Assembly: GCF_006345805.1 (NCBI RefSeq)
Contig: NC_043007.1
Location: forward strand, 23,932,001-23,996,000
Origin: Octopus sinensis
Lineage: Eukaryota
Direction: 5' to 3'
DNA length: 64,000 nucleotides
A program made the translations under genes and the position numbers. The notes under the pieces are model-generated. The model made no database searches. It was not told the origin of the DNA and saw nothing but the letters and a program-made list of their open reading frames with translations. Below are positions 1-11,324 of the stretch, one piece after another (position 1 is the first letter of the stretch; each line of letters begins with the position of its first letter).

Positions 1-83
1 GGCAAATCTCGGTCAAATGACAAAGAAAATTTCCTAGCATGCCACAGTCTAATGACTGAAACAAGTAAAAGAAAAAGAAATAT

Positions 84-118
<35 letters not shown>

Positions 119-149
119 CACACTGTTGTGTCCCCACTATGCAAACCCT

Positions 150-900
150 ATGAAATGAAGGAACATGCACAGAACTTCATGCACTGCATGCAATTCTCTG
201 AATATGATCGGAAGGATAAAGGTCCAAGTATACAGGGTGCTAGAAAGAAGTTGATAACATTATGTGATGATAACCAGTGGTACCTGCTCTAGATATAGAA
301 ACAAAGACTGGAATACAATACAAAGAGTTGTTACAAAGCAAATAGGATGAACACATGGTATAAACTACAATATCAAGGAGTGATGTTTGTAGAGGCCACA
401 GCCCATGGAGAACTAGCCCGTAGATTAGGAAAGATCTAAGGAGACCAAACTCAACATTAAGATTGTTGAAAAGCCAGGGAACTCCCATCAGATCACAACT
501 ATGTAGGACGTACCCCTTTGAGAATACCAAATGCACCAATGATAACTACACAGTATGTAGGATTAGTCCTGGCATTAACTATAGAACTAGAAATGTAGTT
601 TACAGCATAAGATGCATAGAAGGTGCTTGTAAAGACATGAACATGACATACATAGGAGAGACATCTTGGAGCATGGCAGATAGACTAAATGGACATTTTA
701 AGACAATATGACAACAAAAACAGTCCTCCATACTCTATCAACATGCCAAGGACAACCGGAGGCAACCTGGATCAACTTGACATCCACATCTTATCCAAGC
801 ACCCAAAGGACCCAACCCTCAGACAAATACAGGAGTACGTCCTCATAATGAACATCCCCTGTACTAAATAGGCAATATACAGAGTAGGTAATCATACCCT
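150..900 (+). mobile_element. Penelope-like retroelement fragment (linker plus GIY-YIG endonuclease), frameshifted
   Basis: Stitched frames read VMFVEATAHGELAR...ETKLNIKIVEKPGTPIRSQLCRTYPF..KC..VC..RTRNVVYSIRCIEGAC..TYIGETSWSMADRLNGH...ILSKHPKDPTLRQIQE. The NVVYxIxC..C..YIGET..R..H pattern is the PLE GIY-YIG signature. Stops and frameshifts are present. Confidence 0.85.
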
Positions 901-1083
901 TACCAACATTTTATATGTAATATACAGGTAGAATAGTTAGTGGCTGTATGTAGAAAGATAGATAAATAGATAGATAAATGTATGTGTGTGTGTATATGTG
1001 TATATGTATATGCACGTGTATGAAGGCATATGGATATGAAAATAAACAGATAGACATACAGACGGATAGGTACATAGGTTTAA

Positions 1084-1320
1084 GGTGGCGAGCTGCCAGA
1101 AGCGTTAGCATGCCGGGCGAAATACTAAGCAGTATTTCATCTGCCATTACATTCTGAGTTCAAATTTCGCCGAGGTCAACTTTACCTTCCATCTTTCGGG
1201 GTCGATAAATTAAGTACCAGTTACACACTGGAGTCAATGTAATCGACTTAATCCCTTGTCTGTCTTTTTGTTTGTCCCCTCTATGTTTAGCCCCTTGTGG
1301 GCAATAAAGAAATAAGATAA
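1084..1320 (+). mobile_element. tRNA-derived SINE, family B (Meta/MESC-like core)
   Basis: A-box-like GAGCTGCCAGAAG, B box GAGTTCAAATTTC, core TTCCATCTTTCGGGGTCGATAAATTAAGTACCAG, A-rich tail. Close copies at 27582 and 50998. Confidence 0.85.
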
Positions 1321-1571
1321 GTACATAGGTTATATGACACAACAAGCACACATACGCACATACACAAATGAAACTGAAACACATGACCATATACACACAC
1401 ACTTCACACATATGGAGACACTTGTCCACACATATGGAGGTACAGATCCATACATACATACAGACACAGTACATAGTCACAACCCCCTCCCCCCACACAC
1501 ACGCATACTCAGACATGTACACACAAGGAGACAGAGGCACACACCACACACACACACACGTTAAACAACTG

Positions 1572-1995
1572 CCAGTGCCAAACATGGCTGATGCCAGCGT
1601 CGCCTTCATTGGCTCCCATAACCGTGACACATAAAAGGCACTATCCAAACTTGATTGATGCCAGCCCCCTCTGGCTCCCATGCCAGTGGCACATAAAAGC
1701 ACCATCCAGATATGGTCGATGCCAGCCCCCTCTGGCTCCTGTGCCGGTGGCATATAAAACCACCATCCAAATGTAGTCAATGCCAACCACTTCTAGCCCC
1801 TGTGCCGGTGGCACATAAAATAGCACACACTACACTCTTGGAGTGGTTGGCGTTAAGAAGGGCATCCAGTTGTAGAAACACTGCCAGATCAACTGGAGCC
1901 TGGTGCAGCCTCCTGGCTTCCCTGACCCCAGTTGATCTGTCCAATCCGTGCCAGCATGGAAACAGACGTTAAGCGATGATGATGATGATGATGAC
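1572..1995 (+). mobile_element. RTE LINE 3' end (family C) with tandem ~60-bp subunits and (GAT)n tail
   Basis: Repeated GTGCCGGTGGCACATAAAA(G)CACC units, then GGTTGGCGTTAAGAAGGGCATCCAG...GCATGGAAACAGACGTTAA(GAT)n. The same 3' sequence follows RTE RT coding sequence at 55560-56295. Confidence 0.8.
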
Positions 1996-2035
1996 AAAAC
2001 ACGTGAATATGCAGAATACATACATAATACAAACT

Positions 2036-2070
<35 letters not shown>

Positions 2071-2199
2071 TACACATACACACATACATACATGCATACA
2101 TACATACATGTGTATGTGTGTGCACATTGACTCATACACATGCGCACACAAACAAAAAGAATGCAGCTTGAATAACATATATATATATACATCAAATAT

Positions 2200-3005
2200 A
2201 GAACATCAATGGATTTGTATCTTTGTGGTACCAGTGCCGGTGGCACACAAGAAAACCATCCGAACGTGGCCGTAGCCAGTACCGCATCGACTGGCGTCCG
2301 TGCTGTGGGCACGTAACAAACACCATCCGATCATGGCCGTTCGCCAGCCTCATCTGACACCTGTGTCGGTGGCACATAAAAACACCATCCGAAGACCCGG
2401 CAAGACTAGTCAGGCCATAACCCGTGGCCCCTACCTGGGACGTAGTCAGTCCACCTGTGCATACCTTCCTTCTTGTGACACTTGTGAAGACCTGTTGAGG
2501 CAAGTGAAAATCAAAACAAATCAAAATAGATGAACATCAATGGAATTTGTATCTTTGTGGTACCAGTGCCGGTGGCACACAAGAAAACCATCCGAACGTG
2601 GCCGTAGCCAGTACCGCATCGACTGGCCTCCGTGCTGTGGGCATGTAACAAACACCATCCGATCGTGGCCGTTCGCCAGCCTCATCTAGCACCTGTGTCG
2701 GTGGCACATAAAAACACCATCCAAGCATGGCTGTCTGCCAGCCTCGTCTGGCACCTGTGTCGGTGGCACATAAAAAACACCATCCGAGCGTGGCTGTTCG
2801 CCAGCCTTGTCTGGCACCTGTGTCGGTGGCACATAAAATCACCCACTACACTCTCGGAGTGGTTGGCGCTAGGAAAGGCATCCAGCTGTAGAAACACTGC
2901 CAGATCTGACTGGCCTGGTGCAGCCTTCGGGCTCCCCAGACCCCAGTTGAACCGTCCAACCCATGCTAGCATGGAAAACGGACGTTAAATGATGATGATG
3001 ATGAT
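2200..3005 (+). mobile_element. RTE LINE 3' end (family C) with internal ~190-bp duplication
   Basis: 2201-2390 is repeated at about 2532-2721. About 8 GTG(C/T)CGGTGGCAC-type units; ends GGACGTTAAAT(GAT)n. Confidence 0.85.
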
Positions 3006-3554
3006 ATATATATATGTATACACATACACGCACGTTCAGTAAAATAAAGTGGCATGCTTTTTTACATGTCACTGGTATGGGGGCGAGTCAGGCAGCACTG
3101 GCATTGACCATGCTTGAATAATGCTTTTTATGTGCCAACGACATGGGAGCCGTAATTATAATACAAGCAATAAAATAGAACCAGTGAATGTGTTTCTTTA
3201 ACTGACATAACAACTTACTATATGGACAAAATATATGTACTGTATGTTTAGAATAAAAAATCATAAAAGTAGAAATTTCATTAACAGTCCTCAATTTATG
3301 CTCAACAGCTGTTTCATTAGCAACAAACATCATTAATTCCATAATTATGTATTAAGATACATAATTTATCAATTTAAATTAATTTGAATTAAATTATTTC
3401 AAAGTGATGTTATTATCCCAAATCATCAGGATTATTGTGAATTCTGCATCAGAAACCATGACTGGGATGTTAGTTGATGATGATTATACACGTGTGTGTG
3501 TGTGTGTGTGCATGTGTGTATATATGTGTGTTTGTGTGTGTGTGTATATCGATC

Positions 3555-3893
3555 AACAATTGTAGCTGTGATACCAGTGCCGGTGGCACGTAAGAGAACC
3601 ATCTGAACGTGGCCGTTGCCAGCACCGCCCTGACTGGCTTCCATGCCAGTGGCACGTAAAAAGCACCATCCGATTGTGGTCGTTTGCCAGCCTCGTCTGG
3701 CACCTGTGCCGGTGGCACGTAAAAAGCACCCACTACACTCACGGAGTGGCTGGCGTTAGGAAGGGCATCCAGCTGTAGAAACACTGCCAGATCAGACTGG
3801 GCCTGGTGCAGCCTTCGGGCTTCCCAGACCCCAGTTGAACCATCCAACCCATGCTAGCATGGAGAGCGGACGTTAAACGATGATGATGATGAT
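3555..3893 (+). mobile_element. RTE LINE 3' end (family C)
   Basis: Three subunits, the conserved AGGAAGGGCATCCAGCTGTAGAAAC block and a (GAT)n tail. Confidence 0.85.
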
Positions 3894-3897
3894 ATAT

Positions 3898-4153
3898 ATA
3901 TATGTTGTTATTTAGAACAAACAGTAAATGGTTGTCATTATAGTACTCGGAGCGTAGAACTATGATACATTCTTGTTGGCTATGATTTCCCTTGGTTTGA
4001 TGAGTTTTCTCGAGCATGGCATATTGCCAAAGGTCTCAGTCACTTATTACATTAATAGCCGACGATTATGTATCATAGCTCTTCGCTCTGATGTTCGAAA
4101 CTCTGAGTACTGTAATGACCTACCTTTTACTGTTCTAAATTATAACATATATA
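3898..4153. repeat. Foldback element, ~75-bp inverted arms, hammerhead-like remnant
   Basis: ATATGTTGTTATTTAGAACA...TAGTACTCGGAG..ACTATGATACAT is the approximate reverse complement of ATGTATCATAG..CTCTGAGTACTGTAATGAC..GTTCTAAATTATAACATAT. The right arm contains CTGATG-TTC-GAAAC-TCTGA-GTA (4088-4109). Confidence 0.75.
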
Positions 4154-4221
4154 AATAGTCCTCTATTTATCTAATATTGAAGTCTCATTCTTTAGTTGTA
4201 CCTTTTTATTTTATATATCAC

Positions 4222-4590
4222 ATCACTGTCGTTTAACATCCGCTTTCCATGTTGGCATGGGTTGGATGATTTAACTGAGGACTGGCTAGCCAGAAGGCTA
4301 CACCAGGCTCCAATCTGATCTGGCAAAGTTTCTACAGTTGGATGCCCTTCCTAACACCAACCACTCTGAGAGTGTAGTGGGTGCTTTTTACGTGCCACCG
4401 GCACGAGGGCCAGTCAGGCAGTACTGGTATCAACCACACTTGAATGGTGCTTTTTACACGCCACTGGCACGGTTGCCAATCAGGTGGTATTGTTATCGTC
4501 CATGACAATGATTTCACTTGCCTCAACAGGTCTTTGCAAGCACAGTTTATTGACCATAATTGAAGGGTACTGGGCTGGTTATGCACACAC
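4222..4590 (-). mobile_element. RTE LINE 3' end (family C)
   Basis: Reverse complement of the family C tail (TTTAACATCCGCTTTCCATG...GGATGCCCTTCCTAACACCAACC...CGTGCCACCGGCAC). Confidence 0.85.
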
Positions 4591-4596
4591 ACATGT

Positions 4597-4652
<56 letters not shown>

Positions 4653-4664
4653 CATACATATTGG

Positions 4665-5015
4665 TAGTGAGGCTCTCATGCCAGTGGCATGGTAAAAAGA
4701 ACCCTTTGAGTGTTGAGCCTCATGGAGGTGATAAGTGACCAAGACCATTGGCATTATGCCATGCTTGAGAAAACTCATCAAACCAAGTGAAATCATTGTT
4801 GTGGCCAATGCTGGTGTCACATAATTGGCACCCATGCCAGTGGCACGTAAAAAGCACCCATTACACTCTTGGAGTGGTTGGCATCAGGAAGGGCATCCAG
4901 CCATAGAAACCATGCAAAATCAGATTGGAACCTGGTGCAGCACTCCAGCTTACCAGTTTCAGTGAAATTATCTAACCCATGCCAGCATGGAAAGCAGTTG
5001 CTAAATGATGATGAT
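4665..5015 (+). mobile_element. RTE LINE 3' end (last codons plus 3' UTR)
   Basis: Matches 56000-56295 (GAGCCTCATGGAG..GACCATTGG..GCTTGAGAA) and ends in (GAT)n. Confidence 0.8.
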
Positions 5016-5020
5016 GTACA

Positions 5021-5106
<86 letters not shown>

Positions 5107-5231
5107 TGCACTAATATATGTATACATATATGTATATATATGTACACATATACCCATACATATATACATGCATATACGTATACACACACATATAACCAAA
5201 TATACATACATATACTTGCAAGTATATACTT

Positions 5232-5465
5232 GTTACTAGCCTTTATCTGATTTTCAAATAAAATGGTTTTTGATATGTGTGTGCACATGTGTATGAATAT
5301 ATATCCATATACATACTTACATATATGGATATATACCCATACACATACTTACATATATGGATATATACTCATACACATATTTACATATATGGATATATAT
5401 TCATACACATGCTCACACATATACCCAAAACTCTTTTATTTGAAAATCAGGTAAAGGCCAGTAAC
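5232..5465. repeat. ~234-bp imperfect palindrome enclosing a 32-bp minisatellite
   Basis: GTTACTAGCCTTTATCTGATTTTCAAATAAAATGGTTTT (5232-5270) pairs with AAAACTCTTTTATTTGAAAATCAGGTAAAGGCCAGTAAC (5427-5465). The inner ATATACCCATACACATACTTACATATATGGAT unit occurs about 3 times. Confidence 0.8.
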
Positions 5466-5959
5466 CGGAAGAGCATCGAGCTGTAAAAACAATGTTCCAA
5501 CGTGTATTCATGTGACCCACCTAGTATAGAAACCCATGCATAAAACAAATCTCTCAGTTCATCCATTACACAACTATTACATATCCAATTGATCATATTT
5601 GCTACACTCCTCAAGTCATTGTCACACTACTACACACAGTTCATATGCAATCACCACAAAGTCTGCTCTTCACTCAGAGAGCAACTCTTTAACAGCAGAA
5701 GTAACAGCTTCTAGAAATATGTAAAGACATTAATCTTTACATGTATATGCATATGCAGGTGTGTGTGTCTGAGTATTGGTGTGCTCTCTGTGTGTATCTA
5801 TCTATCTATCTATCTATATATCTCTCTGCCTGCCTGTCTGTATGTATGTATGTATGTAATGTGTGTGTATGTAATGAATGTATGTATGTAATGTATGTAT
5901 GTATGTAATGTATGTATGTAATGTAATGTAATGTGTGTGTATGTATGTATGTAACATGT

Positions 5960-6425
5960 AACCCAGTACAACCTGTTGCATGGTTGGGTCATCGGCGACT
6001 AAACCGGCAACCCCACCAAGTTTGCTTGGTGAGGAGGGTATTTATTGGACACTGTGCGGGATGAAAAACAAAACCCATCAAAGGGCGGAGGAAATCTTGA
6101 GAGTCAAAGGCCATCCAATAAATGTCTTAAGGCTGTATCATGCACGGGGACATAGAAATAATCGAACTGAATACCTGATCGCGCAGTTAAACCACTGGGA
6201 GTGAAGGACTCCTAGCCTTTGTTAGGGCATCCTTCTAGGAGAAGGTAACTCAGGTAACTGGGATAACTCCGATATAAAACCTGCGGCTCAGTGGTTACCG
6301 ATGATGTTGACTTGTTCTTCTTTTCGGATTATGGCTGCTGTTGCTTAGTGAGTGGGATTGACTCAGTGCACAGCCTTTCCTCACTTTAAAAAGATCTTCT
6401 TGCACAGGCATTGCCCAATAACAAC
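5960..6425 (+). mobile_element. GC-richer interspersed element resembling an RTE LINE 5' UTR
   Basis: AAAGGGCGGAGGAA..GAGAGTCAAAGGCCATCC and GGGCATCCTTCTAGGAGAAGGTAACTC..TAAAACCT resemble RTE 5'-UTR motifs (from recall). No ORF follows. Confidence 0.45.
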
Positions 6426-6639
6426 ATTGATTAAGCTTCATGCAATGGCCATACTCGATAATGAGGGGGCAGCCACCATGTATGTAATAGGCTTCTTTCA
6501 CAAAGTTTGGTTAACCCACTGTTACTGTTACCTTTGCTGTTAACAAAAAGTTCCCCCTTGAATGAAGAGCAAACTTTATGGTGATTGTGTATAAATTGTG
6601 TGTAGAGACAATGACTTGAGAAATGTAGCTAATATGATC

Positions 6640-6925
6640 CACTAGATAGTAATCATTGTGTAATGGATGACCTGAGAGAAAAGCTGGATATAAGAGGAAT
6701 CAGGTCCAGTTTGCAAGAGAGAAAGCTGCAGGTGATGTGTGTGGAGGATGAGAGTTGTGTAAAGACGTGCCAAGCACTAAGGCTGAAAAGGGGAAACCTA
6801 GGAAAACATGGTATGAATTGGTGAAGGCCTGTCTGAAGATGCTGAGCTTCACTGAGGAGATGACAAATGCCTGTGATAATTGGTGACACAGTGCTAAAGG
6901 AGACCCATGCAAGCATGGCAAAACA
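6640..6925 (+). mobile_element. Degraded RTE LINE RT C-terminus
   Basis: LREKLDIRGIRSSLQERK...EDESCVKTCQAL...GKPRKTW, homologous to 55840-56060. Confidence 0.75.
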
Positions 6926-7939
6926 TTGAGAGTTACTAGCTGGAGAAGTACATGGAGCCCCGTCTAATACTCCCTTGTTAACCTTTCATCTGTGAGACAC
7001 TTTCATCTTGTCACCATTCATCTCTCTCCAATTCATCCTTATCACTTGTTTCTATTGATCATATTCTCTCCACTCACTCGTTTTCTCCAATTCACAGTAA
7101 CATGTTTACTCCCGTAACAAGGGATTATTGTGGATCTTTCCTAGCCACTGCACAATGCTGCTCTTCCAACTAGAGACTGTTCCCCTCTCTCTTGTATTCA
7201 CTTTCTCCACTCTCTTCTGCCATTCACTGCATCATGTCATCCATATAACAAGAGATGACAGACCAGAGCACATTTCTCCACCACCCTAACCACTCTACCT
7301 TTCTCTCCAAACAAGATGCCTATGTATGAAGAATAGCATCAGGGCTGCTTTGTATCTAATACACAATGCCATCACTCTCTCTTTCTCTTCTCTAGACCAT
7401 TCATTATTGACATCCATCAATTTTACTGTTGCTCATGTTTGTTTACATACATCTGTCGATCTCTTTCAGCAGACATGCAGCTGCCATCACTGGCTCTCTT
7501 CTACAACTCCCTCTAGCACAGTTATTCTTCTGTTCCCTCTACTACCTTCTCACTCAATCACTGTTTTTCCTGTCACATTCTTGCTCCCTTCATCAACCTA
7601 CCCTGGTTATTGCTCTGTCATACATTCATTTTCTTGGTCTCTCCATTTTGAACAAAGAGAAATACTATGGAATAGTAAGGATTCCCTAACCTTGTGCTGA
7701 GTCATGATAAAATGCAAGTAGTACACTCTCTAAAAGAGTTGGTAAGCAAGTGGAGGACAATTTGTGGTTGAAAGAAGCCCTTTTGTCTAGTGGAGGACAC
7801 AAAAGCATTTCTGATCTTGGTACTCTGATAAAATGCACCAAGTACAGCCTATAAAGTGGTTAGGGCTAGGACAAACACTCAGTCATAGAAACCATGCAAA
7901 AAGTGAAAATAAATGACCTGACAAATAGAGTGAGTTCAT

Positions 7940-8388
7940 GGCTCACAGGATGGCCTGCGGTGCTTACCTTGGATCGTAGGGCAACCTGCTGTGCTTGAGG
8001 AGACCTATTGTGTCAAGTACATCAACATGAAAATAAAAATTAAATGGAAATTGTAGTTGTGATACCCGTGCTGGTGGCACGTAAAAAGCGCCATCCGAAC
8101 GTGGCTAAGCCAGTGCCACCTCGACTGGTGTCCATGCCGGTGGCACGTAAAGGCCACCAGCCGATTGTGGACGTTGCCAACCTCCTCTGGCCCCTGTGCC
8201 AGTGGCACGTAAAAAGCACGCACTCTACACTCACAGAGTGGTTGGTGTTAGGAAGGGCATCCAGCTGTAGAAATACTGTCAGATCAGACTGGAGCCTGGT
8301 GCAGCCTCCTACCTTCCCAGATCCCGGTCGAACCGTCCAACCCATGCTAGCATGGAAAACGGGCTTTAAACAATGATGATGATGATAC
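7940..8388 (+). mobile_element. RTE LINE 3' end (family C)
   Basis: Three GTGGCACGTAAA subunits, the conserved block and a (GAT)n tail. Confidence 0.85.
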
Positions 8389-8454
8389 CTTCTTAACTAC
8401 AATTTCATAGCTATGTAAGAGTCTAAAAAACAAAAACACAGCATAAATGTTTAA

Positions 8455-8771
8455 CCCTTTAGCTTTCAGATTACTCTATCAAACATAATGCTTGCTTATT
8501 AACATTGTTTAAATTAATCCTGCATTGTCTCATAACATCAAGATTTCAATGATGTGATTGTTTATCTTTAGAATGTAATTGTCTATTTTTAGAATTTTTT
8601 GTTTATTTTTAGAATGTGATTGTTTATTTTTAGAATTTTTTGTTTGTTTTTAGAGTGATTGTTTATTTTTAGAATAAGGTAGGTGTGAGAGGCCAGATCT
8701 GGTTGGTTTGAACATAAAACGTAGAATATTTGAGCAGGATATGGCCCCAAATTAGTTTGAATGTTAAAGGG
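8455..8771. mobile_element. piggyBac-type MITE
   Basis: TTAA|CCCTTTAGCTTTCA ... TGAATGTTAAAGGG|TTAA (TTAA TSD, ~14-bp TIR). Internal ~20-bp TGTTTATTTTTAGAA tandem units at 8555-8675. Confidence 0.8.
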
Positions 8772-8901
8772 TTAAATGGCAGTATTCTATGTTTGTAAAC
8801 TAGTTGACCACATGCCGCCAATAATGATGGCTAATTATAGTATTTTATATATAAATAAAGTACATTATAATCACACTTACAAACATTCACTTACTTCCCT
8901 T

Positions 8902-8961
<60 letters not shown>

Positions 8962-9245
8962 TCACACAGAGTTGAAACACTGATTTTTTTTTTCACCCCT
9001 TCCTTTCTTATCTATCACCCCTTCCTTTCTCTCACCCCCTCTCAGTCAGGGCTATTATTCTCACTACTTCTCCTTCACTGAATTACTATTTTCTCTCCTC
9101 CTCTGCATCTGGCATGATTCTGGACAAATATATATATATATATAAATATACACACACACAAATATATAAAAACACAACACTCATTATTATATTAGGGGAT
9201 AGTACAGAAAATATGGAATATACAGCTGACGAGGAAGTGTATAAG

Positions 9246-9355
9246 CAGTTGCTAATGCTAAAGCACTTCAACTCAGTTGCTAATGCTAAAGCACTTCAAC
9301 TCAGTTGCTAATGCTAAAGCACTTCAACTCAGTTGCTAATGCTAAAACACTTCAA
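9246..9355 (+). repeat. 28-bp minisatellite, ~4 copies
   Basis: CAGTTGCTAATGCTAAAGCACTTCAACT starting at 9246, 9274, 9302 and 9330. Confidence 0.95.
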
Positions 9356-9627
9356 AAGGTGCATCTATTCACAAGATGTGGTAAAAGCAAATTTCCAGCA
9401 AATCCCTTAACAAATGAATTTTGTCATTTTCACCTTTTCCTGGTTCTCGTATATTCTTTTCTATTCTAGGTACAAGACCCGGAATTTTTGGGGAGGGGGC
9501 CAGTCAATTAGATCAATCCCAGTACACAACTGGTACTAAATTTATCGACCCTGAAAGGATGAAAGGCAAAGTCAACTGTATTATTTTACTTCCATGGTCA
9601 CTTAACACATTGATGCTTATAATATCT

Positions 9628-9952
9628 TCAATATGGCTGTTCTGTAGGAACTGACACTTCTACCATTTTTGACCCCAGCAGGATCCTCCTCCAGCTAGTT
9701 ATCGATGCAATCTGCACCCGATATATATTGCAAGTAGGGGAGCAAACTCCTACCATCATCTAGCAGACAAACCCCTACCATCTAGATTTTGAGCTGATTG
9801 TGTACAAATAGTTCAAAACCTAGATGGTAAGGGTTCGCTCCTCTGCTTACAATATATATCGGTTGCAGATTACATCGCCAACCAGCTGGAGGAGGCTCCT
9901 CTTGGGGTTAAAAACCATGGTAATTTTGGTTCCTACAGAACAGCCATATTGA
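9628..9952. repeat. ~325-bp foldback palindrome with hammerhead-like motifs in both arms
   Basis: Perfect outer 24-bp inverted repeat TCAATATGGCTGTTCTGTAGGAAC / GTTCCTACAGAACAGCCATATTGA. Pairing continues to a centre near TGTACA (9801-9806). Confidence 0.9.
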
Positions 9953-10312
9953 CGTGGTGATAGACATTACTTCCCAGTATAGTTACTACTTTAATCTCTT
10001 ATAAAGATTTTCTTACTAGCTAATTTGCTTATAATATCTCATATTATTTATATTGTAATCTTAGATGTTAAGTAATTTAAAAGATTGAAAATTACATGTC
10101 CATATTAATGCAGTGTTGTTTATTTTACATGCCAATAACTATTAGATAAGAGTTCATATTGTTAAAATATGCGCTTAACCCATTCGTAATATATCTATCC
10201 AATGTTTAAAATCCTTATCCTAATGTAAAAAATACATTCAAATGCTTTTCTTTCATGTATTTGAGATACTGTGGGAAGAGTTATAGTGATTGAAGCTAAA
10301 TTTTAAAGAAAT

Positions 10313-10479
10313 CTTTTATCCTTTACTCTTTTCAGTCATTGGACTGTGGCCATGCTGGGTCACCACCTTGAAAAGTTTAGCCAAACAAGTCAACCCCAGT
10401 ACTTAAAAGTTTTTGCTAGACTGCTAGCTTACAAACCAACACCTGTTGTCAAGTGCTGATGGGGGACAGACACACATAG

Positions 10480-10553
<74 letters not shown>

Positions 10554-10712
10554 TACATACATACATACAATACGCTTCTTTCAGTTTCTATCTCCCAAAT
10601 CCACTTTCAATGCTTTGGTCAACCTAGGGCTATAATAGAAGACAGATGCTCAAGTTGCTGCAGAATGGAACCATGTGGTTGGGAAGCAAGCTTCTTACCA
10701 CACAGCCATGTT
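10313..10712 (-). mobile_element. tRNA-derived CORE-type SINE, family A
   Basis: Reverse complement of the 51131-51520 family (TTTCAGTCATT..GGCCATGCTGG tail; CTTCTTACCACACAGCC head), with an internal microsatellite. Confidence 0.8.
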
Positions 10713-11324
10713 TGTGTCTATGATAACATTCTCAAATTTTCTGAGCCATATCATTTGCTGTTACTGTTTTTGTGTATTTGGTTGGCTTCAAGAGTCAAAT
10801 CAGTCGCAATAGGGCAGAGATTCTTTCCCCTTCCTGGTCTTATTGCTTTTTGAAGAAAAATGTTTTTAATTCTCTTTTTTTTTTTGCATCACAACATCCA
10901 TCATGAAAGTAAGCTAATATTTCGAATTTAAATTTCATATTTTAAAAGATTGGAGAATGAGAAGATGTCCTAATTCATTTCTTTTCCAAAGAGTATTGAA
11001 TGAATTTTACAACAGATATGGTGAAGATCAACCTCAAAAAGTTGAACTTCACAAGTGAAATGACAAAAGATTATAATAACTAGTAACGCATGGTAGTGGA
11101 GAAGATTTGCTTATTCATGCAAGCATGGCAGAATGGTCAGTAAAAGGGTGTTTGGGATTTATAACATACTTACATTTAGGTCTCCCATCTAATATATTTC
11201 TACTGAGTGTACCTACAGCTCCCTTCTTTACTCTCTCATCTGTCACTCATCTTCTCTCCTAATTGCTGTACTATACTGTGTAGTGAATGATGGCACTAAA
11301 TCTACACATATTCAATTTTACCTT

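Noticed and set aside
1160-1786. 208-aa minus-strand ORF
   Set aside because: It spans a SINE, a microsatellite and RTE 3'-UTR repeats, with no protein-like composition.
2660-2720. HDV-like ribozyme in family C units (GCCAG-CCTCGT-CTGGC)
   Set aside because: Only a superficial P3/L3 resemblance; P1, P2 and J4/2 cannot be assigned.
1572-3730. CRISPR-like array of GTGCCGGTGGCAC repeats
   Set aside because: The spacers are homologous to each other, the arrays sit in LINE 3' UTRs of a eukaryote, and there are no cas genes.
6980-7700. Pyrimidine-rich ORFs of 86-124 aa
   Set aside because: Low-complexity C/T skew with no splice or homology support.
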